Shown here: in pieces, positions 1 through 10,535 of the stretch
Layout: each line of letters opens with the position of its first letter
Position numbering within the stretch: the stretch's first letter is position 1
The notes under the pieces: model-generated
What the model was told of the DNA's origin: nothing
Databases searched by the model: none
Seen by the model: the letters and a program-made list of their open reading frames with translations, nothing else
Source of the DNA: Paramoeba atlantica
Lineage: Eukaryota; Protista; Discosea
DNA length: 64,000 nt
Direction of reading: 5' to 3'
NCBI GenBank assembly: GCA_977017575.1
Contig: CDRNVI010000056.1
Coordinates: 372,001-436,000, forward strand
Made by a program: the position numbers and the translations under genes

Positions 1-10
1 CTTGATAACA

Positions 11-364
11 TAAAGGGGGGGTTCGTCTATTATTAACAACCATCTATTATTAAAAATGATATTATTTCATCTATTATTAACATTCATCTATTATTAACAA
101 GAATTAATTTTCTTCATTTTTCGCAGCTTCCCTAAAGGAAAATTCGCTAAAACTAACTTTCATGGAGCTTTTTTTCGTAAAAGTTGGGTTATTCTTGGGG
201 ACAAGGGTAGTAAACAAGCCGAAAATAAGCCGAAAAGGTCTATTGTTAATAATAGATGAAAAATTCATCTATTATTGAAAAAGGGGGTATTATTTCATCT
301 ATTATTAACAAACCGTCTATTATTAACAAAAACGTTTGTTAATAATAGACGAACCCCCCCTTTA
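11..364. mobile_element. TA-flanked MITE (Tc1/mariner-type), non-coding
   Basis: Perfect 29-bp inverted repeat TAAAGGGGGGGTTCGTCTATTATTAACAA at 11-39 and 336-364, with TA at both ends; multiple internal TCTATTATTAAC subterminal repeats. Confidence 0.8.
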
Positions 365-1026
365 CCTATACCTTGATAACATACCGGGGGGTATGTTAAA
401 TGGGTATGTGGTTTATGTCCCAGGGCTACGCTCACAGTTGGGTATCTATAGAATTCAGATCTCCCAGTACTACGCTTTCATGGGGGTTAGAGTGAACGCG
501 TACATGTGTCTATAAATTCAAGAAAAGAGGAAAAGACATTTCAATATATATTTTTGACTGGCACATTCTTGCTAAAGCCTCTCGCACTTTCACCCCTTGA
601 GGATTGATCCTTGACGCAATGAAGCGCCGTTGCCTTTGATACGTCGGACCGTTCGTAAACTGGTCCAATCTTTTTCACTACTTTTGAGTCCGAATCGCTA
701 AGACAAACATTCAATTTCTCTTGCATCGTCAAACACACTTTAGAAGTCCTAGGTGTGCTGATAGAGAGAGAATGAAGTGCCTTGGTGGAGGACGGCTGAC
801 GACTGGGGGAACCAAATTATTTTTTTCGTTGAACGACATTTTCATGTCGTTCATCCCAAATTTTAATGACTTAAACAATTGAAAAACTAGAAGTCAGTAT
901 GGAAGGAAATACTTTTTTAATAGATTTTTAGTGTCTCTATCACACGTTCAACGTACGGCAACGATTCGTTTGAACGACCCCTATAAAATTTATCCACATA
1001 AGAATATCTTAATTCAGTAACGTGTA

Positions 1027-1761
1027 ATGGACTACCAGCCCTCCAAAGTGCGTCCCTCCAAAGTGCGAGGCGTAAATATGCCACAAGAAATGGACCTTGA
1101 ACGTCTAATTAGTGGTGTTTCCAAACCACACGAAAGTTGGAGTTCACGGACACCAGCATGTCAGTGGATAGGCATAGAATGCAATCTCGACGAACAAGTC
1201 ACGAAAATATTTTGGGCTCGTCGATCACTCCGTGGGCACTTGAATTTTTCGCACATCCCAATCTCAGTAGTGCGTTTCGATGTTGAAGAAAACATGTTAA
1301 CTGGTGGAATATTTTTGAGTGGCTTGTCTCCGTTAGTGAATCTTAAAGATTCCATTATTGGTAGGAATGAGTTTACTGGAAATCCGGACCTTACAGTTTT
1401 ACCACAAAATTTGTCGTCGACATGGATGGAGCAGAACAAACTTTCGGGTGAAGTATGTCTTACCCAACTACCTACTGAATTGAAGCATCTCGACATCAGT
1501 TGCAATGAATTAACTGGGAATATTGATCTGCGGTCTCTCCCGAGTACTCTACGTAGTTTATATATGAACCAAAATTTATTTGAAGGAATTGTGGACTTGT
1601 CACATCTTCCACAAAAGCTTGATGACTTCTTTATTGATGACAATGAACTGTTGGAAGGTACCATAATGTTAAGCAGCCTCCCTGCTAATTTAAAAGGTGA
1701 GGTTTTACGGATGACGAGAAATACTAAGCTTATTGTTGCTTCGGAATCACTCTTGGGGTAA
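1027..1761 (+). CDS. Leucine-rich repeat protein (LRRNT-capped family), 244 aa
   Basis: SKVRG..PQEMDL.R motif, PHxSW..AC.W.G..C cap, then LP..L..L.L..N.LTG.IDL repeats. Confidence 0.88.
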   Translation: MDYQPSKVRPSKVRGVNMPQEMDLERLISGVSKPHESWSSRTPACQWIGIECNLDEQVTKIFWARRSLRGHLNFSHIPISVVRFDVEENMLTGGIFLSGLSPLVNLKDSIIGRNEFTGNPDLTVLPQNLSSTWMEQNKLSGEVCLTQLPTELKHLDISCNELTGNIDLRSLPSTLRSLYMNQNLFEGIVDLSHLPQKLDDFFIDDNELLEGTIMLSSLPANLKGEVLRMTRNTKLIVASESLLG

Positions 1762-1873
1762 TCTACTCTCTTGGGGCAATCTCTCTCGGGGTAGAGTGTG
1801 TTTTGTTTTCGCAAATATCTCACTTTTCTTACACCGGACTGGATTTATAAACATAAATCCAAAACGTATATAA

Positions 1874-2230
1874 TTTAGTCGCTTCGTTAAACGCGGTGGT
1901 TGTTTTCAACATAGCAGTCACTCATGCTGCGAGCTTCGCGTTGAAAACTACCTGCGGGTTCAAAATAAGCGACTAAAAAAGAAAAATTGAATAGGAAACC
2001 TAAAGATATCGGAAGGATTCGAGCCAAACATAGCAGATTTGGGGTAAAAATGGGGGCATTTTCGCATTTTTTGGTTCTCAGAGCACTAAGTCCGACATTC
2101 GCGTGTGGGCAATCGCTCGTAGACATGAATTAAAACCTGCAGAACGTAATGGGTAAAGAATGCGACTCCAACCACACCATTATTCCGACAGAAAAGTGCC
2201 CCTTTGGAACCACGGCTCCAGGGAGCGGTG
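1874..2230 (-). repeat. Hairpin-ended dispersed repeat, copy 1
   Basis: Arms 1874-1910 and 1940-1977 around a 29-nt loop; the ~300-bp body is homologous, inverted, to ~19940-20301. Confidence 0.75.
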
Positions 2231-3058
2231 TCTTAAAAAAATATTGTTCTTTTTTATCTTCTTATCTGCTCATCTGTTCTTCTTATCTGTGTATCTGTGC
2301 TTGCACTCGCCTACACTCACATTCAGTCGTGCGCACGTCAGGTTCGGTACACTTTGTGTCAACTGCTCCGTGGGTTGAAAAGGATACTTCTCTGGGAAGT
2401 ATTGCCATTTGGAATCTGAAATGGCTCTGATTGTAGTGGCTGTGGCCTGCTCTGTGTGAAATGGTGGTATTGACTCCCATCTTGTCCTACACTCTTCCGT
2501 ATCTGTGTACCATTTCCGAAATCGACAGTATGTTGGTAGACGTTTCAAGTGTGGTGCGCACTTGGTCGGTCGTGTCCCATACCCACTCTGGAACTTTGTC
2601 CTCCGGGCTTGGTAAGAGGGGTCACAAGAGTCCACATCCGACCTTCAGGATCTCTTGGGCGTGGAGACGGAGGAGGGATTGGAGTAAACGATCAAGAGTA
2701 GTTACACTGGTGGATAGATAAGAGGGTGGGTAAAGTATTGATGAAAAAGGACGAAAATTGAAAAAAGCACTGCTCCGTGCAATAATATTTTTTCGTCTAT
2801 TATCCGACAAAAATCTACCCTAAATTGACCCTATTTTTTTGAGAAACAAATGCTTTTATTTTCGTTTTTTACAATTGTTTTTCGTAATTTTGCGTACGTC
2901 TGGTACGTTCCTTTCGTATTTCCGCATTGATTTCGTCTATATGGGCTGTCTAGGGTGCGCACCATTAGCCGGAATAATATTGGTGACTTCAATTCTACTG
3001 AAAACTACTGAAAATGTTGTTCTATGGATGAAAAATCATTCTTCGGGGCGTACACTCC

Positions 3059-3444
3059 TTGTTTTCGCTGTGGAGAGCGACTTCGGAAACTTTTTTAAAA
3101 GAATTTGAGGACGCACCCAAGTGTGGTTTAGAAGTGCCAGAATTCGGTCTCTTTTTTATCACCAAAAGCCGAATCGTTGATGAAACCCGTGGCTGGCTTC
3201 TTATTGCGAGCCACAGATCGCCGTTACCGTGTATACTGGCACCGGGGGAACTCAAGGTACGTGTCCAGACGACCTTAGAGGGAACAGATGCAAGCATATT
3301 TATTTTGTTTTGATGAAGGAACTTCATGATGAAAAACATCTGGCTGTTTTGAAATCTGAATTCACTACACGGGAACTTTCGGCCAAAGTAAAGGAATATT
3401 GCATAAGTCAAGGAATATTGCATAAGTCAAGGAATATTGCATAA
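3059..3444 (+). pseudogene. Degenerate SWIM zinc-finger gene remnant
   Basis: GTCPD...RCKHIYFVL resembles the SWIM CxC..CxH core with the first Cys missing; coding-like sequence is split over frames and runs into a tandem repeat. Confidence 0.4.
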
Positions 3445-3504
3445 GTCAAGGAATATTGCATAAGTCAAGGAACATTGCGTAAGTCAGGGAATATTGCATA
3501 AGTC
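3391..3504. repeat. 19-bp tandem repeat x6 (AAGGAATATTGCATAAGTC)
   Basis: Units start at 3391, 3410, 3429, 3448, 3467 and 3486; the last two carry substitutions. Confidence 0.95.
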
Positions 3505-3599
3505 AAGAAGCACTTCTGTCCTCCCGGTGAGGCCCCGGAGTTGCAAGAGGCCTCCATACCCCACAACTACCACCTTCCCCCCATATTTAGCGGGGGTCG

Positions 3600-3786
3600 C
3601 TCGAGCGACCCTTTTGCCGAAAAAATCGCGCTTTTTCACCCAAAAAAGGAGATTGTTCACAATGTTTTGGCAATTTTTCTTTTTTAGGCTCTTCGTTAAA
3701 CGCGGAGGTAGTTTTCAACGCGAAGCGCACAGCGTGAGTGACTTCTAAGTTGAAAACAACCACCGCGTTTAACGAAGAGCCTAAAA
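3600..3786 (+). repeat. Hairpin-ended dispersed repeat, copy 2
   Basis: 38-bp arms 3682-3719 and 3749-3786 (2 mismatches) with a 29-nt loop; body homologous, inverted, to 23057-23140. Confidence 0.8.
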
Positions 3787-4256
3787 TTAATGACAGGGGG
3801 AGTAACTAATTCTGCACATAAAGAGGTTTGTCCATAAAAAAAGCGCCGCGAATTGTTTTACTCTTTTTTTGGTTTTTCCAGTATTTAGTTATTGTTCCTA
3901 GAGCCACGTATTGTGCCTAGAGCCAGTTATTGTGCAGGGGGGGGGGGGGGGCACAATAACCCGGAACACGGTTTACATGACATTTGTGAACGTTTGTAAC
4001 TGCCTATTGTTCTGGAAATGTGTTGAAATGTGTTTTAGAAGTGTTGAAGCTATAAATTTTATTCAAAAATTAATAAAAAAAGTAAGTGAAAAAAAATTAC
4101 CAGTTTTTGAACTTTAGGGTTCATTTTTTCCGGAATACTTTCCTTTTTTGTCCCTTCGTTACAAACCGTGGTTCTTTTCAACCTTCAAAAGGCACTACAT
4201 CTTACCCGCTTTTTTTCTTTTCCCTTCCTTTTCCCTCTTTCCTGTATATTCCCCCT

Positions 4257-4901
4257 ATGTCTCCCCTCTTTATCATGGCCTCGGACCCCTCCCCCCCACC
4301 GGGACATGGCTCCACACCCTCCAAGCTCGCCTCCACCACACTCCCCCCGGAGTTTCACCTCTCCCGTTTCCTCCACCCCCTCACCAACCCGCACAGCTCA
4401 TGGGAGACCTCCCACGCGGCCTGTGAATGGGAGGGGGTGAAGTGTAACGACCAGAAGCAACTCGTCGCGTTGCTCTGGCAGGGGAGGGGGTTGAAAGGGG
4501 GGGTGGCCTGGGAGCACCTGCGGGTACTCCCGGCTACCCTAGTGGAGATCCACCTCGGGGAGGGTCACTTGTTTGACCGGAATGAGCTGCACGGGACGGT
4601 GGACTGGGGCGCGCTTCCGCGGGCCCTGGAGAAGCTGTCGTTGTCGTACAACCAGTTTGAGGGGGGTGTGGTGTTTTCGGAGCTCCCGCGGACGCTGCGG
4701 GAGTTGGATGTGGAGGCGAATCGGTTTTCGGGGGAAGTGGATTTTGAGGCGATCCCGGAGGATATGTTTGCGTGTGTGTTGTCGCATAATTGGAAGCTGC
4801 GGGGGACGTTGGATTATTCGAAGTTACGAAAACGGGTTATTTTTATGGTATCGAGTACGGAGATTGAGGTAAAGGAAAGGATGATGCAGTTTAGGTTTTA
4901 A
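4257..4901 (+). CDS. Leucine-rich repeat protein, GC-rich family member
   Basis: PSKLAS..LPPEFHLSRF, PHSSW..ACEWEGVKC cap and LP..L..L.L..N.F.G repeats. First in-frame ATG is 4257 (alternative 4275); the tracked 4086 start is non-ATG. Confidence 0.85.
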   Translation: MSPLFIMASDPSPPPGHGSTPSKLASTTLPPEFHLSRFLHPLTNPHSSWETSHAACEWEGVKCNDQKQLVALLWQGRGLKGGVAWEHLRVLPATLVEIHLGEGHLFDRNELHGTVDWGALPRALEKLSLSYNQFEGGVVFSELPRTLRELDVEANRFSGEVDFEAIPEDMFACVLSHNWKLRGTLDYSKLRKRVIFMVSSTEIEVKERMMQFRF

Positions 4902-5347
4902 TGGGAATGCGGTGTGAAGAGTTTCAAAAAAAATTGAAGAAGAGTTTCTTTGCTGTTTCCTACGCTGTGTTATGGGAAGATGATTTACATAAAAAGCTGC
5001 TAAAATAGTGGTCGCGTATCTCCTTTTAATAGAAAGAGTAATTTTGGTATCTCATTTGGTTACGCTAATTTTGGTTGGAGCAATTTTGTTGGAGCTCATT
5101 GGAGCAATGAGCAATTGGAGCGAATGTTCATCGTAAAAAAGATTTGTCACATGCTTTTTTCTTACCCACTTTTCTCCTTTCTATTTTTCGCTGAAAAATA
5201 TCCTAAACTTATTATTGTATTGCTTTTTTCTATTATTTACATGTATAGACGCTTATAAAAGAGTCCGGTGAAGAGCATTCCTTTCAATACGCTGTATGCA
5301 CTTTTTACTTTCTGCTTTCATTACTTTTCTTCATTTTTCTTGTTTTC

Positions 5348-5629
5348 ATGACAACTGCAAAAGTATTAAAATTGTATCGCTCGTCTTTGAAAGCGGCACG
5401 CGATTTCGTAGATTACAATTTTCGTGAATATGCGCTGCGTTCCGTGCGAAACCGATACCGTAGTAACCGTTCTGTCACGAATCCGCAACAGATTGAAGAC
5501 CTGATCCGTGAAGGAGAGAAAAACTTGCAAATTCTTCGCCGACAAGTTCTTATAGGAAAGCTATACGCGTCTAACTCTGTATTTCTGTCTCGCAACTCTG
5601 AAAAATCGGATTCTGAAAAAGTGACTTAG
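5348..5629 (+). CDS. ISD11: LYR-motif protein, Isd11/LYRM4-like (Fe-S cluster assembly accessory factor)
   Basis: LYR..L..A..F.DYNFREYA.R..R..(Y/F)R.N and G..NL..LRRQ..IG.LY, characteristic of Isd11. Confidence 0.88.
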   Translation: MTTAKVLKLYRSSLKAARDFVDYNFREYALRSVRNRYRSNRSVTNPQQIEDLIREGEKNLQILRRQVLIGKLYASNSVFLSRNSEKSDSEKVT

Positions 5630-5833
5630 CCCTCATATTTGCTCCCTTTAGACAACTGTATATGGACGGAGTAGTTAGTATCTTTTGTGTACGTTCATTC
5701 TGGATGTGAAAATACATTGAATGTGTTTTTGAATTTTATGTCGTTGTAAAAACGGAAGTATTCTTTCAACTCTATCTAAAGCATACACACAAGTACCAGA
5801 TCTTTCTTCATACATTTATACACCCATATTTTC

Positions 5834-6445
5834 ATGAAATCAGAAAAGAAATGTTCTCCATCCAATTCTTTACCAAAAAAGCGATCCGTCTCTTTCGCTA
5901 CTACCATACCTCAGCGCAATGAGTACGTAACCCTTAACCCCTCCAACGTATTTGGCACTTCTCTGTTTGATTACAACATTGCTCGCAAGAAGGAAGAGGA
6001 CGAAATTGTGAAACGAAGAATTTTACGTGGATCCCACAGTTTTCACACATCCTTACCCCTCGAAACTCTAAAATCGGATCCAATCCAAAACGACGGGAGC
6101 AATAAAATAATAAAAAAAAGCAGCAAGCGTAAAAAGGGTGGGAATCCCTTTATCGATGTAAAAGATTCGAAGGCTACGAAAACCAATGCTAAGAGAACTA
6201 AAATCCAAGACATATCGAATTGTGAAGACAAATTGATATTCCCTGCCATGCTAGAAGAAGACTCCACTCACATTCCGATCACTTCTCAGCAAGTGTTTCA
6301 CCCTTTTCAGATTCCTACCGCTTTAGACACAAACTGGCTTACGGTTCTGGAGCTAAAGCGGGAACTCTCGACAAGAGCGCTTCCTGTTTTCGGGAACAAA
6401 GCTTCTCTAAGGAAAAGATTAGAAAAAGCACTTAAGGAGTCGTGA
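5834..6445 (+). CDS. Protein with C-terminal SAP DNA-binding domain, 203 aa
   Basis: C-terminal LTVLELKRELSTRALPVFGNKASLRKRL fits the SAP pattern; basic NLS-like stretch KKSSKRKKGG. Confidence 0.75.
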   Translation: MKSEKKCSPSNSLPKKRSVSFATTIPQRNEYVTLNPSNVFGTSLFDYNIARKKEEDEIVKRRILRGSHSFHTSLPLETLKSDPIQNDGSNKIIKKSSKRKKGGNPFIDVKDSKATKTNAKRTKIQDISNCEDKLIFPAMLEEDSTHIPITSQQVFHPFQIPTALDTNWLTVLELKRELSTRALPVFGNKASLRKRLEKALKES

Positions 6446-6541
6446 ATGGCAAAAAGGGGTCATTAGTCCACTCGGTCGGTCTTCAATTTGATATTTCGCT
6501 CAAATTGATAAAAATATCTTTATGAAAACGCATCTTTAAAA

Positions 6542-7027
6542 TACCGTGGAAACATTAATTAAGAGACACATTAAATAAGGGAACACTAATTAAGGGAATA
6601 ATTATTTTTTGTCGATTTTTGTCATTTTCAGACAATTAATAATTAATAATTATTTTTTCCACCCATGGCCCAGGCACCCCCAAACCCTGCTGAGCGCGCA
6701 TAGCAATATTTCAGAGTTTAGGTTAAAAAAACAAAATATGCAACCGAAACGTTCTAATACGTGAAGTATCCACTTATTAACACACTTTCTCGAATTTTCA
6801 CTTGTTATCACACAATTCGCTTATTATCACACCGAGGTGTGATCAAAAAGGTGTGATAATGGGTGGTCCCCCCTCTACTTATCTCGTGATCTTTGGCTAT
6901 TTTCAACTTGATTCCCGCAAAACAATTAAGGGAACATAAAATAAGGGAACACTAATTAAGGGAATAATTCTTTTTGAAAACCATTTTCCCTTAATTAGTG
7001 TAATTCTTAATTAATGTTTCCACGGTA
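6542..7027. mobile_element. TA-flanked pogo/mariner-type MITE
   Basis: Perfect 23-bp inverted repeat TACCGTGGAAACATTAATTAAGA (6542-6564 / 7005-7027); repeated internal AACACTAATTAAGGGAA motifs in both orientations. Confidence 0.8.
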
Positions 7028-7208
7028 TGTATTTTTAAAATAATCTTTCATCTTATTTTCTCTCACTCTCTTGATTTAATAAAAACCAGTGATTAGTTTT
7101 GTACAAACACATACACCAAAATCTCATTATCTCTTTTTTCTTTATTTCAAAGGTCCTTTTCTTTAATCCTTCTCCTCACACAACAAACACAACCGCACCG
7201 TCCGTTTC

Positions 7209-8312
7209 ATGGCACATTTTTCAAACCTCCCTATTCCCGAAAAATCGTTTCCTGCGCAAGAGGCAAAACCTTTGCCTCCTTGTTTCACCTTTTCTTTTTG
7301 TTCTTCAACAACAACAACAGCAACGACTAAAAAACAATCTTTTAAAACGCAACCTACAAAACATATTCAGTGGTCACACAAACTGATTGGGAGCTCGACT
7401 GAAAAATTGCTGCCATCGCCGATTCACAAATCGCGCCTCTGGTGGGCACAAAAACAAAAAATTTGCTCTCGTCCTCAATCTGCAATTATTCCTTTAGCGG
7501 GTACAAAAGGCATCGTTCTTCGCTGTCCTGTTGGGGGAAGTGTCACGCTTTCCTTTGCCGCGCTCTCCCGTGATTTTTGTGACGAATGGATAAACGAAAG
7601 TCAACCGAATGTGAGGGGAGCGAAATCTCGGCGAACGCAAGTCGTAGAACTCGAACGAAGTCCCGTTTTAGCAAAAACACAAAAAGCCAAAGGCTTCCCG
7701 GTTTCGCCAATTTTTTCACCGGAAAAGACAAGTCCCCAACAGGATACACACAGAAAAACAAAATATAGGACTGGACGCAAAGTGCGACTTATGATTTCAC
7801 CTCTTTCTTCATTTCCGTCCAACGCACCACTTGAAGCGTACAACACAGCATCCTTTTCAAAACACGGCCATCGAGAAGAAACACAATCGAATTTTTCGTC
7901 TTCTTCGGACAGCTTTTCACCGGATGGGCGGGATTCTTTTTTTCGCCCACCTTCTTCTTTTTTTTCTTTTTCTTCTTCTTCATGTTCTTCAGTACCTCGT
8001 TCTTTTACTCTCGCTACCTTAACGGCACAACGCCCAAGCCAAGGTTTGTCTTTTTGCCTACCCCCAGGGTCGTATTCGGTGTATGGCATAAAATACAACG
8101 AGAGCAATCCGAGTCCAAACTCTGATTCTTCTTCTCAAGCTTTCGGTTCTCTAGAACGTTTCAAAAATAAAGAAAACTCGAAAATGGATTTTCGGGATTT
8201 CATAAAAACTAAAAGGAGAAGAAAACAACAAAAGGAAGAAAGCAGAGATTTCTCTTTTTCTGGTGTTTATCTTCAATGGAAACAGAAAGGTATTCGGGTG
8301 TATAATGCGTGA
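7209..8312 (+). CDS. Hypothetical Ser/Lys-rich low-complexity protein, 367 aa
   Basis: Long ATG-initiated ORF co-oriented with neighbours; no domain recognised. Confidence 0.5.
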   Translation: MAHFSNLPIPEKSFPAQEAKPLPPCFTFSFCSSTTTTATTKKQSFKTQPTKHIQWSHKLIGSSTEKLLPSPIHKSRLWWAQKQKICSRPQSAIIPLAGTKGIVLRCPVGGSVTLSFAALSRDFCDEWINESQPNVRGAKSRRTQVVELERSPVLAKTQKAKGFPVSPIFSPEKTSPQQDTHRKTKYRTGRKVRLMISPLSSFPSNAPLEAYNTASFSKHGHREETQSNFSSSSDSFSPDGRDSFFRPPSSFFSFSSSSCSSVPRSFTLATLTAQRPSQGLSFCLPPGSYSVYGIKYNESNPSPNSDSSSQAFGSLERFKNKENSKMDFRDFIKTKRRRKQQKEESRDFSFSGVYLQWKQKGIRVYNA

Positions 8313-8754
8313 GCGTTGAGTGTTTACTCTTTATAAACGCTTTATATTGGGATACACACAAGTAAACTAATGAATGATATGAACTTACTTTTCGCATGCA
8401 TCTATCTACGGAGTCAGAGTATACAGCATATTATATTTGTGAGTGGCATTTGATTGCACGTTACTCCGATGACAGTCCTGTAGATATGCAACGTCCTGTA
8501 GCATGACAATAGTATGGCTCATTGGCTGGTAGATTTGGTGTTAGATTCTTCTATAGAGGATGTGCGGTGATCCTTTTATGCATTTATGTATGTGCTTATG
8601 TGCTTCTTATTTATTCCCTATAGTAAATTTCTTGCGCTTTATTTTGTTGCCATTGCTCGCGCTTAAACTTATGGTTCGAATCACTATAATCACTGTCTGA
8701 ATTACTTCACAATTTTTTACGAGCACTGTAAGTAGTTCTTAGACGTGGTTATGC

Positions 8755-9633
8755 ATGTATGTTATTCTAAAACTATCTACGATGTTTGCACCTCAAATGC
8801 AGTTAGCAGATACGCAGCAGTCGCAGAATACACGACAGAGACATGATGGAACTTCTTTGTTGTCTGTAGCACGGGGAAACCTATCAGAAGCCACAACACC
8901 CGTTGTTTGTCTCGGTAAGGTTCGAGGATCGAGTTTACCACAGGAATATGAACTTGCACGATTGATTGCAGATGTTAGAAATTCACATTCCTCCTGGAAT
9001 GTTTCAATAGCTGCGTGCAAATGGCAAGGTGTGACGTGTGATGAAGAATTACGCGTCACACAAATTTACTGGACAAAGAGACTTTGGAATGAATATTTGA
9101 CTTACGTAGAAGTAAATTTAAAGCCTCTTGCAGGACCCCTTCACTGGCATTATTTGCCCCGTACACTGCTTCGTTTTTCTGTTGCGTCTAATAAGCTCAT
9201 AGGAACAGTTCCGCTTGATTCGTTGCCTCCGGACCTTTTGTTCTTTTACGCATCCGACAATACGTTTACTGGTGAATTAAACTTGACAAGCTTGCCGTTA
9301 ACGTTGAAGGGACTGAGTCTTAAAGCTAACATGTTTGAAGGATGTGTGGACTTTACTCAGCTACCACCGAATCTAACATTCTTGACCGTTTCTGGCAACG
9401 AACTTTCCGGAATCGTTGACTTATCTTCTTTGCCGGACACGATGTTCGAACTTGATTTGTCCAACAATCAATTCGAGGGTCCAATAGTATTAGGAGAAAT
9501 CCCTTCAAGATTAGAGATGCTAAAACTTGAGAATAATGCAAAACTTTGCGGTGAGATTGATGTGGGCTCTTTTGATGAGAAAGACATAGTCATAGAATAC
9601 AGCCAGACCAATATCAGATCTAAAATGATTTGA
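8755..9633 (+). CDS. Leucine-rich repeat protein, 292 aa
   Basis: GKVRGSSLPQEYELARL, SHSSW..ACKWQGVTC cap and about 6 LRRs; exact start codon uncertain. Confidence 0.88.
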   Translation: MYVILKLSTMFAPQMQLADTQQSQNTRQRHDGTSLLSVARGNLSEATTPVVCLGKVRGSSLPQEYELARLIADVRNSHSSWNVSIAACKWQGVTCDEELRVTQIYWTKRLWNEYLTYVEVNLKPLAGPLHWHYLPRTLLRFSVASNKLIGTVPLDSLPPDLLFFYASDNTFTGELNLTSLPLTLKGLSLKANMFEGCVDFTQLPPNLTFLTVSGNELSGIVDLSSLPDTMFELDLSNNQFEGPIVLGEIPSRLEMLKLENNAKLCGEIDVGSFDEKDIVIEYSQTNIRSKMI

Positions 9634-9781
9634 CTTACTTGGCGAACCGTATAAATCGCACGGAATGCCGACATATGGTAAATTTCCCCTAAATTGGTGA
9701 AAGAGAGATGTTCAATTCAATTAAAGTCGTCATAAGCTTCACAAAATCAATTCACACGGCGCTCGGGAATGAGAAAACAGA

Positions 9782-9962
9782 CAGGGTAAAGTGGACGATG
9801 GAGATACCAGTAGTGTAGGTGCGGCTGTTTCGCACAGGATAAACGGCATCTCCACCTTTTTAGGTGCCTGTCTTCATGCTATAAGGGAGATACCGTTTTT
9901 CCTGTGGGAAACTTCCGCACCTACACTATTGGTATCTCCCTCGTCCACTTTACCCTGGGTTA
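9782..9962. mobile_element. Foldback element / long-TIR MITE, copy A
   Basis: 72-bp arms 9782-9853 and 9886-9957 (about 7 mismatches); the right end reads CTGGGT|TA; homologous to 20341-20547. Confidence 0.7.
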
Positions 9963-10535
9963 CAAAGTAAAAACACATTCCCTAGGACTCCTTACATCTT
10001 CCCACGCGAGGAAGTCGTCGTCGCACGGCGAAAAGACAGAGGGCTCCGCTTTCTTCTTTTTGCCTTGCGCCTCCTCCTTCCTCCAAGGTCTTGCGTACCA
10101 CAAACTTCCAGTTGAAAAAAGCAATTGGGGTTTGCAAATCACTTCCGAAGAAGGTGGTCTCAAGCCGTCCAAAAAGGTACGTTTCTCTTTCTTAAAACTA
10201 TCAGTTTATGGTGTTGTCCTTGATTCTTTGCGAAAAAACTATTTCCGGAAACTTTTTCGTCGGGCCAAATTTCGGGCCAAACTTATTAATATACGATAGC
10301 GAGGGAGTAGTATCTCCCTCAATAAGCAATTTATGGTTCATGCAATATTTCTTGACTCTCCCCGTCATCGGCTCTGCGTCGCTTTCCCAATCGCACGCCC
10401 TTCTTATTGATTTCGTATATCACCGGTATCGCTTTATTCATTTATCTTTCCCTAAGCACTGTACTTGTTCGCTTCCTCCTCTTCTCTTTCTGTAGTTTTT
10501 CTTTATGAATATTTGTACCTTTTCTCCTTTGCCTC

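Noticed and set aside
1-383. CTTGATAACATA at 1-12 and 372-383 as a long TSD of the first MITE
   Set aside because: The second copy is offset 7 bp from the element end; the TA dinucleotide is the better TSD, and the window edge hides the context.
4086-4256. N-terminal extension of the LRR gene from the tracked 4086 start
   Set aside because: Non-ATG start and a pyrimidine tract translating to F/P/S-rich filler; 4257 or 4275 fits the family better.
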